This document shows, piece after piece, positions 6,832-15,925 of a DNA stretch of 24,000 nucleotides (positions within the stretch are counted from its first letter, which is position 1; each line of letters starts with the position of its first letter). The translations under genes and the position numbers were made by a program. Under the pieces are notes generated by a model that was given only the letters and a program-made list of their open reading frames with translations, searched no databases and was not told where the DNA came from. The stretch spans positions 577,658 to 601,657 of the forward strand of contig NZ_KE136472.1 of assembly GCF_000407145.1 (NCBI RefSeq), written 5' to 3'. Source of the DNA: Enterococcus caccae ATCC BAA-1240 (lineage in GTDB: Bacteria > Bacillota > Bacilli > Lactobacillales > Enterococcaceae).

Positions 6832-7500
6832 ATGGCAAAAAAATATACAGCAGAGGAAGCTAAATCATTAATTCTAGATGTTTCAACACAATTATTTATA
6901 GAAAAAGGCTATGAAAAAACGTCCATTTCCGATATCGTCAAAGGTTTAGACGGTTTAACAAAAGGCGCCGTTTATCACCACTATGCATCTAAAGATGAGA
7001 TCATAGATGCCGTTGTCAGACGATTTATTCCCAATGAAATTGCTTTAACAACAATTATGGAAAAAGATAAATTAAATGGATTAGAGAAAATTCAGGCTCT
7101 TTTATTTGAAGGAATGTTCAATAGTGAGGCTAGTCAATCTCGAATCCTTAGTTTTACGTTACTAGATAATCCTAAATTCTTTTCAATGTATATTCGAACG
7201 ACGAATGAAATCATGGCACCATTAGTGGAAACCTGTTTGATTGAAGGAAATAGGGATGGATCAGTCACAACTGCTCAACCGAAACAAATGGCTGAATTAG
7301 CGATCTTGATTTTAAGTACATGGTTTATTCAAGCCTTGTTCCCAAATACAGTAGAGACCTTTTTTGAAAAATTAATGGCTGCCAAAACAATGCTTGAAAA
7401 TAGTGGAATGCCAATTATCAATGATGGCTTTTTAGAGAAACTTGACCAACAAATTATGCTAAAGGTGGCAGAACTAAATGACCAAACAACTGGAAACTAA
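6832..7500 (+). CDS. TetR/AcrR family transcriptional regulator
   Basis: AAAGGAGAG RBS. The N-terminal HTH is typical of TetR: FIEKGYEKTSISDIVKGLDGLTKGAVYHHYASKDEI. Length is 222 aa. Confidence 0.85.
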   Translation: MAKKYTAEEAKSLILDVSTQLFIEKGYEKTSISDIVKGLDGLTKGAVYHHYASKDEIIDAVVRRFIPNEIALTTIMEKDKLNGLEKIQALLFEGMFNSEASQSRILSFTLLDNPKFFSMYIRTTNEIMAPLVETCLIEGNRDGSVTTAQPKQMAELAILILSTWFIQALFPNTVETFFEKLMAAKTMLENSGMPIINDGFLEKLDQQIMLKVAELNDQTTGN

Positions 7501-8434
7501 ATCACTTCTTGTCAGATTATTACAAGGCGTGTGCAAAGCTATCTTAGGTATAATCACTATCCTAATTGTGTCCTTAGTGATTACTTTTACGATTCACCAG
7601 ATAAGTTTGAAAAGCGAAGCAAAACGAATTGAGTCTTATGGTGAGAAATTAAAAGTGTTTGATGGTGAGATGAATGTTGTCGATGAAGGTAAAGGACAGA
7701 AAACGATTTTACTGTTACCAGGGCAAGGAACAGCTAGTCCTTATTTAGATTTTAAACCGATGATCGATGAGTTGAAGAAAGAGTATCGTGTAGTTACGAT
7801 TGAGCCATTTGGCTATGGCTTAAGTAGCCAAACCAATCGACGTCGTAGTGTTGAAAATATTGTGGAAGAAATCCACCAAGTAGCCAAAGAACTGAACATT
7901 TCTAAATACACATTGATGGGACACTCGATTGCGGGTCTTTATGCGGTGAATTATGCCCAAGTTTACCCAAATGAAATGGAAGGCTTTATTGGAATTGATT
8001 CCAGCACGCCAGAACAGCCTTGGCCTGGTATTGATATGACAGTCTTTGACTTCTTAAAAACAGCAGGTGTTTTTCGAGCGTTAATCAAAGTGAATCCAGA
8101 AAAGGGATTAGGTGTAAGTCAAGATAACCCTGATTTTGAACAGATTAAGTTATTGACGATGAAGAACATGAGTAGTCCTGAGATGAAAGATGAGCTTCAA
8201 GAATTAAGCAATAGTTTCTCTGATTCTCGTGGCTTAACCTATCCCAAAAATATGCCGGTTTTATTATTTGTTGCAGATAATGATATGAATCAAAAAAATT
8301 GGCTTGAGATGCATCAAGATCAGGTGAAAGGTTTAGATAAAGGAAAATTGATTCAATTGCCAGGCGCCCATTATTTACACCATACCCAAATGGAAACAAT
8401 CGTAAAAGAAACAACCAATTTTTTGAAAAACTGA
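7478..8434 (+). CDS. Membrane-anchored alpha/beta hydrolase
   Basis: It overlaps the TetR gene by 23 nt. It has an N-terminal TM anchor (ILGIITILIVSLVITFTI), the nucleophile elbow GHSIAG (GxSxG), and a late His in GAHYLHH. Confidence 0.8.
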   Translation: MTKQLETKSLLVRLLQGVCKAILGIITILIVSLVITFTIHQISLKSEAKRIESYGEKLKVFDGEMNVVDEGKGQKTILLLPGQGTASPYLDFKPMIDELKKEYRVVTIEPFGYGLSSQTNRRRSVENIVEEIHQVAKELNISKYTLMGHSIAGLYAVNYAQVYPNEMEGFIGIDSSTPEQPWPGIDMTVFDFLKTAGVFRALIKVNPEKGLGVSQDNPDFEQIKLLTMKNMSSPEMKDELQELSNSFSDSRGLTYPKNMPVLLFVADNDMNQKNWLEMHQDQVKGLDKGKLIQLPGAHYLHHTQMETIVKETTNFLKN

Positions 8435-8446
8435 CAGAGTTGAGGA

Positions 8447-8599
8447 ATGACTACGAAAAGAATAGTGAAAATTTTAGGTATTTCAATCGGAAGTTTGTTG
8501 GTAGTTGTGGTTCTCATTTTTGTCGGAACTTACGTAAATAATAAAATCCAACTAAAAAAATTATTCCTGAAACAGGTTCAATTGAACGAACAAATATAA
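8447..8599 (+). pseudogene. 50-aa stub resembling the N-terminal membrane anchor of the preceding hydrolase; probably a truncated tandem paralog
   Basis: ATG 8447 to TAA 8597-8599: MTTKRIVKILGISIGSLLVVVVLIFVGTYVNNKIQLKKLFLKQVQLNEQI*. Compare KAILGIITILIVSLVITFTIHQISLK at the start of the 7478 gene. No hydrolase domain follows; the sequence is only AT-rich and non-coding. Confidence 0.35.
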
Positions 8600-8887
8600 A
8601 GAAAGATAATTAAATCAGTAGATTTAGTTTTGACCCCAGAGTATCCAGTATTCCTGCGTTTTATGTCTATGGGGACTATTGATTAAGAATTATTTAAAGC
8701 ATTCACGAATCTAAAAATAGGCAAATAGATAATAGAATGCCATTGAATTATTCAACTAATTCAGAGTATTGTTAATGTGTATATTAAATTAAAAGTGAAC
8801 ACGAAAAACTGCTATTCTATAATTGGGATTACAAAATAAATAACCGTTGAGAAATAAAAAATATACTGAAAAATAGATAAACAAAAA

Positions 8888-8920
8888 AGTAGAAAAGAAA
8901 TTGCTCTCTTCTACTTTTTT
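8888..8920. terminator. Bidirectional terminator between the convergent hydrolase and MucBP genes
   Basis: AGTAGAAAAGA (8888-8898) pairs with TCTCTTCTACT (8905-8915) with one mismatch. It is flanked by an A run (8883-8888) and a T run (8915-8920). Confidence 0.55.
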
Positions 8921-9021
8921 CTTGAATAACATATACATTCATTTAAAAAATTTAATCGATTATTTTGAAATTTATGGATTAATAGTGTTTTTCAAAACTT
9001 TACGGGATGACCTCTCGCTAT

Positions 9022-10455
9022 CTAAAAAATAATAATAGTAGGTTCTAAAGTATAGTTCACAATTACTTCTTTTTCATCGATTGTTCCAGTATTATTAGTA
9101 TCGTATCCTTTGCTAGAGTAACCTGAAAAAAACACATCAGTCGTGGATTTTAAATAATCAACCTTTATTCCTTGTGCATTATAAAATTTAAGTGTCATAT
9201 ATTTAGGTAGGGAGTATGTTTCTCCTAATGTAGCAGGAATTATAATATCTGTTACTTTTTCATTTTGGTGATACACTTGATTATTATACTCAAGACGCAT
9301 TTCCAAATTTTCAATATCTTCATTTTCAGGTATATTATAAATTCCATTATCCATTGTTTTGAAATCTGGAATGATGAGTGAAGAATTATTAAATCGAATA
9401 ATCAACTTTGCTTCATTTTTTTCCTTCTCATAAGTATAAATAACCGATTTTTGTATATCGGATAGGATACCAGAAGTATCTCCAGTGACAGAGTTGAATG
9501 TATAACCGTCAATGTTTATCTGTTCCGTTGTATAGGGATCACCAATATTCCCTTTTATTATGGTATCTTCTGCAATCTTTTGTCCATTTAGATCTTGATA
9601 ATGGACGGTGACAGGTTGGGCAATGACAGGAATCTTTTCATAAGTGTAAATAACCGATTTTTGTACATCAGATAGAATACCGGAAGTATCTCCAGTGACA
9701 GAGTTGAATGTATAGCCATCAATATCTATCTGTTCTGTTTTATAGGAATCCCCAATATTTCCATTTATTATAGTATTTTCCGCAATTTTTTGTCCGTTTT
9801 GATCTTGATAATGGACAATAACTGGTTGGGCAACGACAGGTGGAATATTCTCACTAGCATGAATGTATCCAATATATTCAAATCCAGGGACTGTTGTTGA
9901 TTTCGTATATACCGTACCTCTATCCAACGTTTCAGTAACATCTATAGGTAAAGCATCATTAGTTGCTAGAGTAATTTTTGATATTCCAAGTCCTCCTAGA
10001 AGCATGCCTATAACTAAGAACTGTTTAAGATGTTTTCTTTTCCAAATGAAGAAAGCTAAAATCAAAATAATTAGTATCACGCCTAAGCCAGTAGCGAAGA
10101 GATTGGTAGGTTGCTCATTAGCTTTTGGTAGGGCTGTTGACGGTTTAGCTATTTGAGTCAATGGTTTATTTTGCGAATGCTCACTATCTGAATTGTTGGT
10201 TGTGTTCTTCTGTTTGTAGATTAAGCTCACTTTTTCTACATCTTTATTAATGGTAAAGTTTGGGATTTCTTTAATGATTGTACCTTGCATCTCTGGTAAT
10301 ATTTCATCAAGCATTTGGTATTCGGTGATTACTTGTGAAGTATTTTCGGATGCGAATCCTTGTTGTGGGAAAAAAATACTCAAACTTGTTATCAATGCTA
10401 GACAAAATAATAAAGGTTTCTTCAATTTGCCATCTTCCCTTTCATTTAAATACAT
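9022..10455 (-). CDS. MucBP-repeat surface protein with an N-terminal signal peptide and an internal sorting-signal-like hairpin
   Basis: There are two 70-aa MucBP-like repeats (..VHYQD.NGQKIAE.TII.GNIGD.Y.TEQI.IDGYTFNSVTGDTSGILSD.QKSVIYTYEK). The signal peptide is KKPLLFCLALITSLSIFFPQQGFA. The start is at ATG 10455, or at TTG 10425, which has AGGGAAG 8 nt upstream. The track start at 10584 adds an implausible leader. There is no C-terminal LPXTG. Confidence 0.75.
   Translation of the reverse strand: MYLNEREDGKLKKPLLFCLALITSLSIFFPQQGFASENTSQVITEYQMLDEILPEMQGTIIKEIPNFTINKDVEKVSLIYKQKNTTNNSDSEHSQNKPLTQIAKPSTALPKANEQPTNLFATGLGVILIILILAFFIWKRKHLKQFLVIGMLLGGLGISKITLATNDALPIDVTETLDRGTVYTKSTTVPGFEYIGYIHASENIPPVVAQPVIVHYQDQNGQKIAENTIINGNIGDSYKTEQIDIDGYTFNSVTGDTSGILSDVQKSVIYTYEKIPVIAQPVTVHYQDLNGQKIAEDTIIKGNIGDPYTTEQINIDGYTFNSVTGDTSGILSDIQKSVIYTYEKEKNEAKLIIRFNNSSLIIPDFKTMDNGIYNIPENEDIENLEMRLEYNNQVYHQNEKVTDIIIPATLGETYSLPKYMTLKFYNAQGIKVDYLKSTTDVFFSGYSSKGYDTNNTGTIDEKEVIVNYTLEPTIIIF
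9421..9840 (-). repeat. Tandem in-frame duplication, 2 x 210 nt, encoding the two MucBP modules
   Basis: Aligned by hand, 9421-9630 and 9631-9840 are identical at 180 of 210 positions with no indels. Confidence 0.9.
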
Positions 10456-10817
10456 AATAGTACGAAATATAGTACTAAATTGAGTTCTAATTTTTTTTAG
10501 GCGGTTTTCATTCTGCCATAATATGCCATTAAAAGCAATAAATTTAGAAAAAATAAATAATAGACTCGATATATATAATTTCAATATAGGTGAAATAAAA
10601 GAGTGAAAATATATAGGGACTATAATAGGAGTGAGTCACCATATGTAAGAGATTCAAGTGTCAGTTAATAGTTTAGAGAGTTCAATTGTAAAATTCAGGA
10701 GGAAATGGATGTAACTAAGGGAAATACAGAGAGTTGATGAATTTGATTAGTAAGTATTGTAAGTAAGATATGGGCTAACGTTTAAGGGTGATCATATAAA
10801 CCATATTAAAGAAAGGG

Positions 10818-10846
10818 TTTACATACGGCGCCGAAGATGCTATAAT
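10818..10846 (+). promoter_or_regulatory. Sigma-A promoter of the php/yhf operon
   Basis: TTTACA (10818-10823), a 17-nt spacer, then consensus TATAAT (10841-10846). Confidence 0.7.
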
Positions 10847-10863
10847 AACTGTGAAAATAAAAA

Positions 10864-10912
10864 TACATTTTTTTGTATTTTTATTTTTGGTTTAAATATA
10901 CAAAATTTTGTA
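10864..10912 (+). promoter_or_regulatory. Two TACA-N6-TGTA dyads in the operon leader; candidate operators
   Basis: Site 1 is TACA (10864-10867) N6 TGTA (10874-10877). Site 2 is TACA (10899-10902) N6 TGTA (10909-10912), the perfect 14-bp palindrome TACAAAATTTTGTA. The centres are 35 bp apart, and both sites lie between the -10 and the RBS. Confidence 0.4.
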
Positions 10913-10928
10913 CGAAAGGAGAGTTATC

Positions 10929-11297
10929 ATGAAAAAAATCGTTATAGGTGGACAAATCGAAAAAGGAACAATCGAAGAACTACTACAAAAATATGGAAAG
11001 GGAAACTATGAAATCACCGTAAAAACGGATATTGATGCGGCAATGGCGTTAAAAAGTGGTGCAGCAGACTACTATTTTGGTGCTTGTAACACAGGTGGTG
11101 GTGGCGCATTAGCAATGGCGATTGCATTATTGGGCGGAGATAAAACGGCAACATTGGGCATGCCAGGTAAAACTGCTTCTAAAGAAGAAATCAGCCAAAG
11201 TGTTGCGGCAGGTAAAATTGCTTTTGGTTTCACTTCGCAAGATATGGAGTTTATCATTTCAAATGTGATGAAAGCGCTTGAGAATAAGGGGGAGTAA
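10929..11297 (+). CDS. yhfU: YhfU-like protein (DUF2620 family)
   Basis: AAAGGAGAG RBS and ATG 10929. The central DYYFGACNTGGGGALAMAIA motif matches the YhfU family as I remember it. The operon context fits. Confidence 0.75.
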   Translation: MKKIVIGGQIEKGTIEELLQKYGKGNYEITVKTDIDAAMALKSGAADYYFGACNTGGGGALAMAIALLGGDKTATLGMPGKTASKEEISQSVAAGKIAFGFTSQDMEFIISNVMKALENKGE

Positions 11298-11301
11298 TGA
11301 A

Positions 11302-12609
11302 ATGGCTTTAAACATAGTAATCATGGCAGCATTATGTGCTGTAACAACGATTATGGCGAATACGAAAATTGCTGTTTTTAACGATGCACTAAGACCAATT
11401 GTTTTAGAGTATCGTGAAAATAGAGTCACAAAATCTGCATTAGGAACCACAGCATTAGCTTTTGGAATTGGTTACATCGTTGGCTTTATCCCTCAATCGA
11501 TTGCCTCTAGCGTTATTATTATCCATGTTGTGTTATTGGGGACAGATATTATTGGCAGTTACTTACCAGATAATAAGAAATACTCTATCTGGATAGCTGG
11601 AGCAGCTGGCGGAGTTTATGGCGTTGTAATGGGGGCGGGTCTAGGAACAATTCAAAAAGTATTTGAAATTCTTCCTTATAATTTCTTAGATAGTCTAGGT
11701 CAAGTCTCATCCGTTGTTTTAGTTGCCTTTGCTGTTTTTCCAGCGTTGGTTGTGGCTCTTCAATATGGTTGGAAAAAAGGGATGATCACTTTTTCAGCAA
11801 CGGTGTTGGCTCAAGTGATGACAACACAATTTGGTTCGTTTAATTTAGCTAATGGAAATACGATTGTCATTAATGCAAATGCGATTGCGTTGCTTGTTGG
11901 GATGATTTTTATGATTAGTTATGCGATGAATGATAAAAGGGAAAGAACAGATTCTCAGGCACAATTGGCAAATATCTTTGCGGAACGAGTAAAACAAATT
12001 AAGAAGTATTGGTACTTATTTGCTTTATCCGGCGCATTGATTGCTTTGGCGGCTTCGATGTCAATTGTAACGGAATCTGCACTTTCAGCTCCATTATACC
12101 AAGAAGGTCAATTTAATTCAGCTGCTTTGACCGAATTAGCTCGAGTTGTTGGCTTTATTCCATTAGTTGTAACGACAGGAATTGCTACAGGAACGTATTC
12201 GCCAGCTGGCATCAAGATGGTTTTTGTGATTGGCTCAATCGGTGCGGCGATGGGACAACCGCTTTTAGCCTTTGTGGCAGGCGGTATTTGGATGTCCATC
12301 GAAGTGTTACTCTTAACGAAATTCTCTGTATTGTTGGATCGATTCCCAGGAATGCGTGATGCTGGTGATAATATTCGAACAGCGATCACAAAAGTCTTGG
12401 AAATCGCTTTGCTCGTTGGTGGTGTGATCGCAGCAACAGCCATTGCTCCTGCTTGGGGTGGTTTATTTGTTGTTGGCCTTTACGTATTAAATGGTACATT
12501 CAAAAAGAAAATGGTCGACCTTGCAATTGGCCCAGTTGGTGCGCTATTAGTCGGTGTGATTTCAAATATTTTAGTGTTACTAAATTTAATGACACCACCC
12601 GGACTTTAA
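11302..12609 (+). CDS. yhfT: YhfT-like polytopic membrane protein (putative transporter)
   Basis: AAGGGGGAG at 11285-11293 and ATG 11302. It is about 435 aa, Gly/Ala-rich and highly hydrophobic throughout. It sits next to yhfU and php as in the E. coli yhf cluster. Confidence 0.7.
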   Translation: MALNIVIMAALCAVTTIMANTKIAVFNDALRPIVLEYRENRVTKSALGTTALAFGIGYIVGFIPQSIASSVIIIHVVLLGTDIIGSYLPDNKKYSIWIAGAAGGVYGVVMGAGLGTIQKVFEILPYNFLDSLGQVSSVVLVAFAVFPALVVALQYGWKKGMITFSATVLAQVMTTQFGSFNLANGNTIVINANAIALLVGMIFMISYAMNDKRERTDSQAQLANIFAERVKQIKKYWYLFALSGALIALAASMSIVTESALSAPLYQEGQFNSAALTELARVVGFIPLVVTTGIATGTYSPAGIKMVFVIGSIGAAMGQPLLAFVAGGIWMSIEVLLLTKFSVLLDRFPGMRDAGDNIRTAITKVLEIALLVGGVIAATAIAPAWGGLFVVGLYVLNGTFKKKMVDLAIGPVGALLVGVISNILVLLNLMTPPGL

Positions 12610-12632
12610 AAATTTTAGGAGACGACAACGAA

Positions 12633-13526
12633 ATGAGCTTAGTAAATGGAATAACATATATGCATGAACATACGACAATTGATTTGTCTCGTATAAAAAA
12701 TATCGACGATACAAACCTAAATTGTTTTGAGGAAACAGTCATAGAATTTAAAGAACTTTATGATAAAGGCGTTCGTAATATTGTGGACGTTACAAATTTA
12801 GATATGAAAAGAAATCCATTATATGTCCAAAAAGTGGCAGAAGCATCAGGTATCAATATTGTCCAAGCAACGGGCTTTTATACTGAGAAATTTCTACCTG
12901 ATATTGTGACAGATTGGTCAGTTGCGGACCTAGGAAAATTAATGATCAAGGAAATTCAACATGGTATTGGAGATACTGAGCTTAAAGCTGAGATCATCGG
13001 TGAAATTGGTTCAAGTAAAGATGGTTGGACGGTAAATGAGAAAAAAGTTTTCGATGCATCTGTGATTGCCCATAAGGAAACAGGGGTGCCGATTACCACT
13101 CACACAACTCTTGGTACAAACGGTCATGAACAAGTTCAGTTTTTTAAAGAAAATAATGTTGATTTAGCATCTGTTGTGATTGGACATGTTGATTTAAGTG
13201 GTAATCTTGATTACATTTTAAGCATGTTAGACCAAGGTGTCTATGTAGAATTTGATACAATAGGAAAAGAGAACTATCAACTAGATGCACTCCGTGTATC
13301 GATGTTAAAAGAAATTGAAAAAAGAGGCTTAGCAGATCAGGTCTTTTTATCAATGGACATTACCCGAAAATCAACTATGAAATTTAAGAATGGAATCGGT
13401 TATTCGTATTTACTGGATACGTTTGTCCCAATGATGAAAGAAGCAGGGATTTCCAGCGATACAGTTGAAAAAATGCTGATTCATAATCCATTGAATTTCT
13501 TTGGACAAGGAGTGAAACAAGGATGA
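12633..13526 (+). CDS. php: Phosphotriesterase homology protein (amidohydrolase superfamily)
   Basis: ATG 12633 after AGGAG. It has the HxH metal motif YMHEHTTIDLS, then GEIGSS, ITTHT, VIGHVD and LSMDITRK. It is collinear with E. coli Php as I remember it. Confidence 0.88.
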   Translation: MSLVNGITYMHEHTTIDLSRIKNIDDTNLNCFEETVIEFKELYDKGVRNIVDVTNLDMKRNPLYVQKVAEASGINIVQATGFYTEKFLPDIVTDWSVADLGKLMIKEIQHGIGDTELKAEIIGEIGSSKDGWTVNEKKVFDASVIAHKETGVPITTHTTLGTNGHEQVQFFKENNVDLASVVIGHVDLSGNLDYILSMLDQGVYVEFDTIGKENYQLDALRVSMLKEIEKRGLADQVFLSMDITRKSTMKFKNGIGYSYLLDTFVPMMKEAGISSDTVEKMLIHNPLNFFGQGVKQG

Positions 13527-14617
13527 AAACCTTTCCTTTGGAAACGATGAATCTAGAAGAAGCAACGAAGAAGCAATTTCAAATTGTTGATTGTATTACG
13601 AGAAATTTTGAAGGTTCAGAAATCTTAACACGTGGCGATTTAGGTGTTGTACCTGGCTATAATCAACCCATCACTACGAATAAAGTAGAAAATGTGTTGA
13701 AAGAGTTATTTGCAACGGATGCCGCGATGTTGGTGCGTGGGGCTGGTACAATGGCGATTCGACTGTCATTACATGCGGCGAGTAAAAAATATGGAAAAAC
13801 GGTACTTGTTCACAATGCACCTGTCTATCCCACGACGCAAACATCGATTGAGATGCTTGGGTTGAATACAGTTGCGACTGATTTTAACCAACCAGAGGCA
13901 ATTACAACTGCGCTTGCTGAAAATGATATCCAATTGGCAATCGTTCAATTTACAAGACAAAAGCCTGATGATGATTACCAGCCAGAAGCTGTTATTCAAC
14001 AAATAAAAAAACAAAATAAAGATATTGTGATTATCACAGACGACAATTATTCTACCTTGAAAGTACCAAAAATCGGCGTAGAATGCGGTGCAGCTCTCTC
14101 TTGTTTTTCTACCTTTAAATTATTAGGTCCAGAAGGAATAGGCTGTATTGTTGGAAATGCCGAATTGATTAATGAGTTGCGAAAAGAAAATTATTCTGGA
14201 GGGCTGCAAGTACAAGGATTTGAAGCAATCGCAGTGTTGCAAGGTCTAATTTATGCCCCAGTTGCTTTAGCTATTTCATCTCAAGTTTGTGAAGAAGTTG
14301 AAATGCGTTTAAATGCTGGTGAAGTGAATGGGGTGAAACAAGCCTTTATTGCCAATGCCCAGTCTAAAGTAATTATTGTTGAGTTTAACCAACCGATAGC
14401 GGTTGAAGTGTTGAAACAAGCGGAAAAACGAGGAGCAGCCCCAAATCCAGTAGGGGCAGAATCAAAATATGAATTTGTACCAATGTTTTATCGACTTTCA
14501 GGAACCTTTAGAAAAGCTTCACCTGAAAGTACAAAAACGATGATTCGCATCAACCCCATGAGAGCAGGTGCAGATACGATCATTAGAATGATAAAAGAGT
14601 CAATAGAAGGGAACTAA
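13523..14617 (+). CDS. yhfS: YhfS-like protein (putative fold-type-I PLP enzyme)
   Basis: ATGA overlap with the php stop. It is 364 aa. The size and operon context match YhfS; I did not verify a catalytic Lys. Confidence 0.6.
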   Translation: MKTFPLETMNLEEATKKQFQIVDCITRNFEGSEILTRGDLGVVPGYNQPITTNKVENVLKELFATDAAMLVRGAGTMAIRLSLHAASKKYGKTVLVHNAPVYPTTQTSIEMLGLNTVATDFNQPEAITTALAENDIQLAIVQFTRQKPDDDYQPEAVIQQIKKQNKDIVIITDDNYSTLKVPKIGVECGAALSCFSTFKLLGPEGIGCIVGNAELINELRKENYSGGLQVQGFEAIAVLQGLIYAPVALAISSQVCEEVEMRLNAGEVNGVKQAFIANAQSKVIIVEFNQPIAVEVLKQAEKRGAAPNPVGAESKYEFVPMFYRLSGTFRKASPESTKTMIRINPMRAGADTIIRMIKESIEGN

Positions 14618-14622
14618 AGCTA

Positions 14623-15546
14623 ATGCAAGAGGAATTTCTAAATAAAACGGGAAAAGCAATTCAACAATTATCAGGTGAGTTGATTTTATTATCTGAAGGT
14701 AGCCGGATGCCTGTAATTTCAGAGTTTCAAGAAAAATATGGGATGTCACGGGGAACAGTTCAAAATGCTTTGAATTACTTGAAAGAAGAAAAAATAATCC
14801 ACACAGTAAGTCAAGGACGTCAAGGGACGATTTTGACCACGATCGACTACCAACGATTACAAAAAATTGTGATCGATGGACCTATCCGCGGAACAATGCC
14901 TTTGCCATACTCCAAGACATACGAAGGGTTTGCGACCGGTTTATATGAAGTATTTCAATGTGCAGAAATTCCTTTAAGCATGGCTTACGTAAGAGGTTCT
15001 AAAGATCGAATGGATTTGACGAGTGAAAAAACGATGCATTTTTCAATTGTATCAAAACTAGCTGCATTACAGGCAATAGCAGCAGGGAGCGAGTTGGAGA
15101 TTTTTAAAGATTTTGGACCGCACAGCTATTTGTCTAATCATGTAATGATCTTTTCAAATCCAAAAAGTTCAAAAATTGAAAATCATATGCGCGTGGGAAT
15201 TGACCATAATTCTTATGATCAACAAATTTTAACGGAAAATGCAACTACTGGTAAAAAAGTTGAGTTTATCGAAGTGCCAAGTCATCAATTGATTTATTCA
15301 TTGGAACAAGGACTGATCGATGTAGGGATTTGGAACTTTGATGAAATCAAAGATCGAAAATTAGATCATTTAAACTATCAGTTTCTTGAAGGTAGTGTCG
15401 AAGATGATTTATCTAGTACAGCAGTTTGTGTAGTCCATAAAGACAATCTGCTCTTAAAAAAAATCTTGATGAGTGTGATCAATGAAACAAAAATTTTATC
15501 TGTTCAAAAGCAAGTCATAGAAGGTAAAATGATCCCTCATTACTAA
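14623..15546 (+). CDS. yhfZ: YhfZ-like regulator (GntR-type winged HTH plus a periplasmic-binding-protein-like domain)
   Basis: The N-terminal wHTH segment is MPVISEFQEKYGMSRGTVQNALNYLKEEKIIHTVSQGRQGTIL. It is 307 aa and fits the operon context. Confidence 0.7.
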   Translation: MQEEFLNKTGKAIQQLSGELILLSEGSRMPVISEFQEKYGMSRGTVQNALNYLKEEKIIHTVSQGRQGTILTTIDYQRLQKIVIDGPIRGTMPLPYSKTYEGFATGLYEVFQCAEIPLSMAYVRGSKDRMDLTSEKTMHFSIVSKLAALQAIAAGSELEIFKDFGPHSYLSNHVMIFSNPKSSKIENHMRVGIDHNSYDQQILTENATTGKKVEFIEVPSHQLIYSLEQGLIDVGIWNFDEIKDRKLDHLNYQFLEGSVEDDLSSTAVCVVHKDNLLLKKILMSVINETKILSVQKQVIEGKMIPHY

Positions 15547-15559
15547 AAGGACGTTTAGA

Positions 15560-15913
15560 ATGATTGGAAAAAAACTAGAAATTTTAAAAGACTCAAAGAT
15601 AATAGATGAAGAAACAGAGCAGTTCGTTTTGGCAGTGAATAACTATTTACTTGAACAAAAAGTTATCGACAACGAAGAACATCTGGATATGTTTTTAACG
15701 CATATCGCTATGGCAGATGCAAGGCAGAAAAAGAATGAGCCTGTAATCGGCATGGATGAGCTGATTGTATCTGAAATCCAGAATGATGAGAAATTAGCAG
15801 AGTCAAAAGCATTGTGGCAAGAACTATCTCGCTATTGTGCGACAACCTTTAGCCACGAGGAACTGTGGTTTGTTTATATGCATATTATTAATCTATTGAA
15901 GAAAGAGCAGTAA
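15560..15913 (+). CDS. yhfY: YhfY-like PRD-domain protein
   Basis: The 117-aa protein is of helical character with the conserved His region LDMFLTHIAMA typical of PRD modules. Its position is between the yhfZ- and yhfX-like genes. Confidence 0.6.
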   Translation: MIGKKLEILKDSKIIDEETEQFVLAVNNYLLEQKVIDNEEHLDMFLTHIAMADARQKKNEPVIGMDELIVSEIQNDEKLAESKALWQELSRYCATTFSHEELWFVYMHIINLLKKEQ

Positions 15914-15925
15914 GGGGGGATTCAT

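Noticed and set aside
10456-10584. N-terminal 43-aa extension of the MucBP ORF (MKLYISSLLFIFSKFIAFNG...).
   Set aside because: It would place a second hydrophobic segment ahead of an obvious signal peptide. It has no RBS. The internal starts at 10455 or 10425 give a canonical signal peptide.
10699-10739. AGGAGG followed by the mini-ORF MDVTKGNTES* in the divergent intergenic region.
   Set aside because: The ATG is only 2 nt from the SD, which is too close, and the ORF is 10 codons with no supporting features.
10859-10890. The hairpin AAAAATACA-T6-TGTATTTTT plus ATTTTT in the php-operon leader, considered as a transcription attenuator.
   Set aside because: The stem is entirely A-T/A-U and so very weak as an RNA terminator. 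I kept it only as an alternative reading of dyad site 1.
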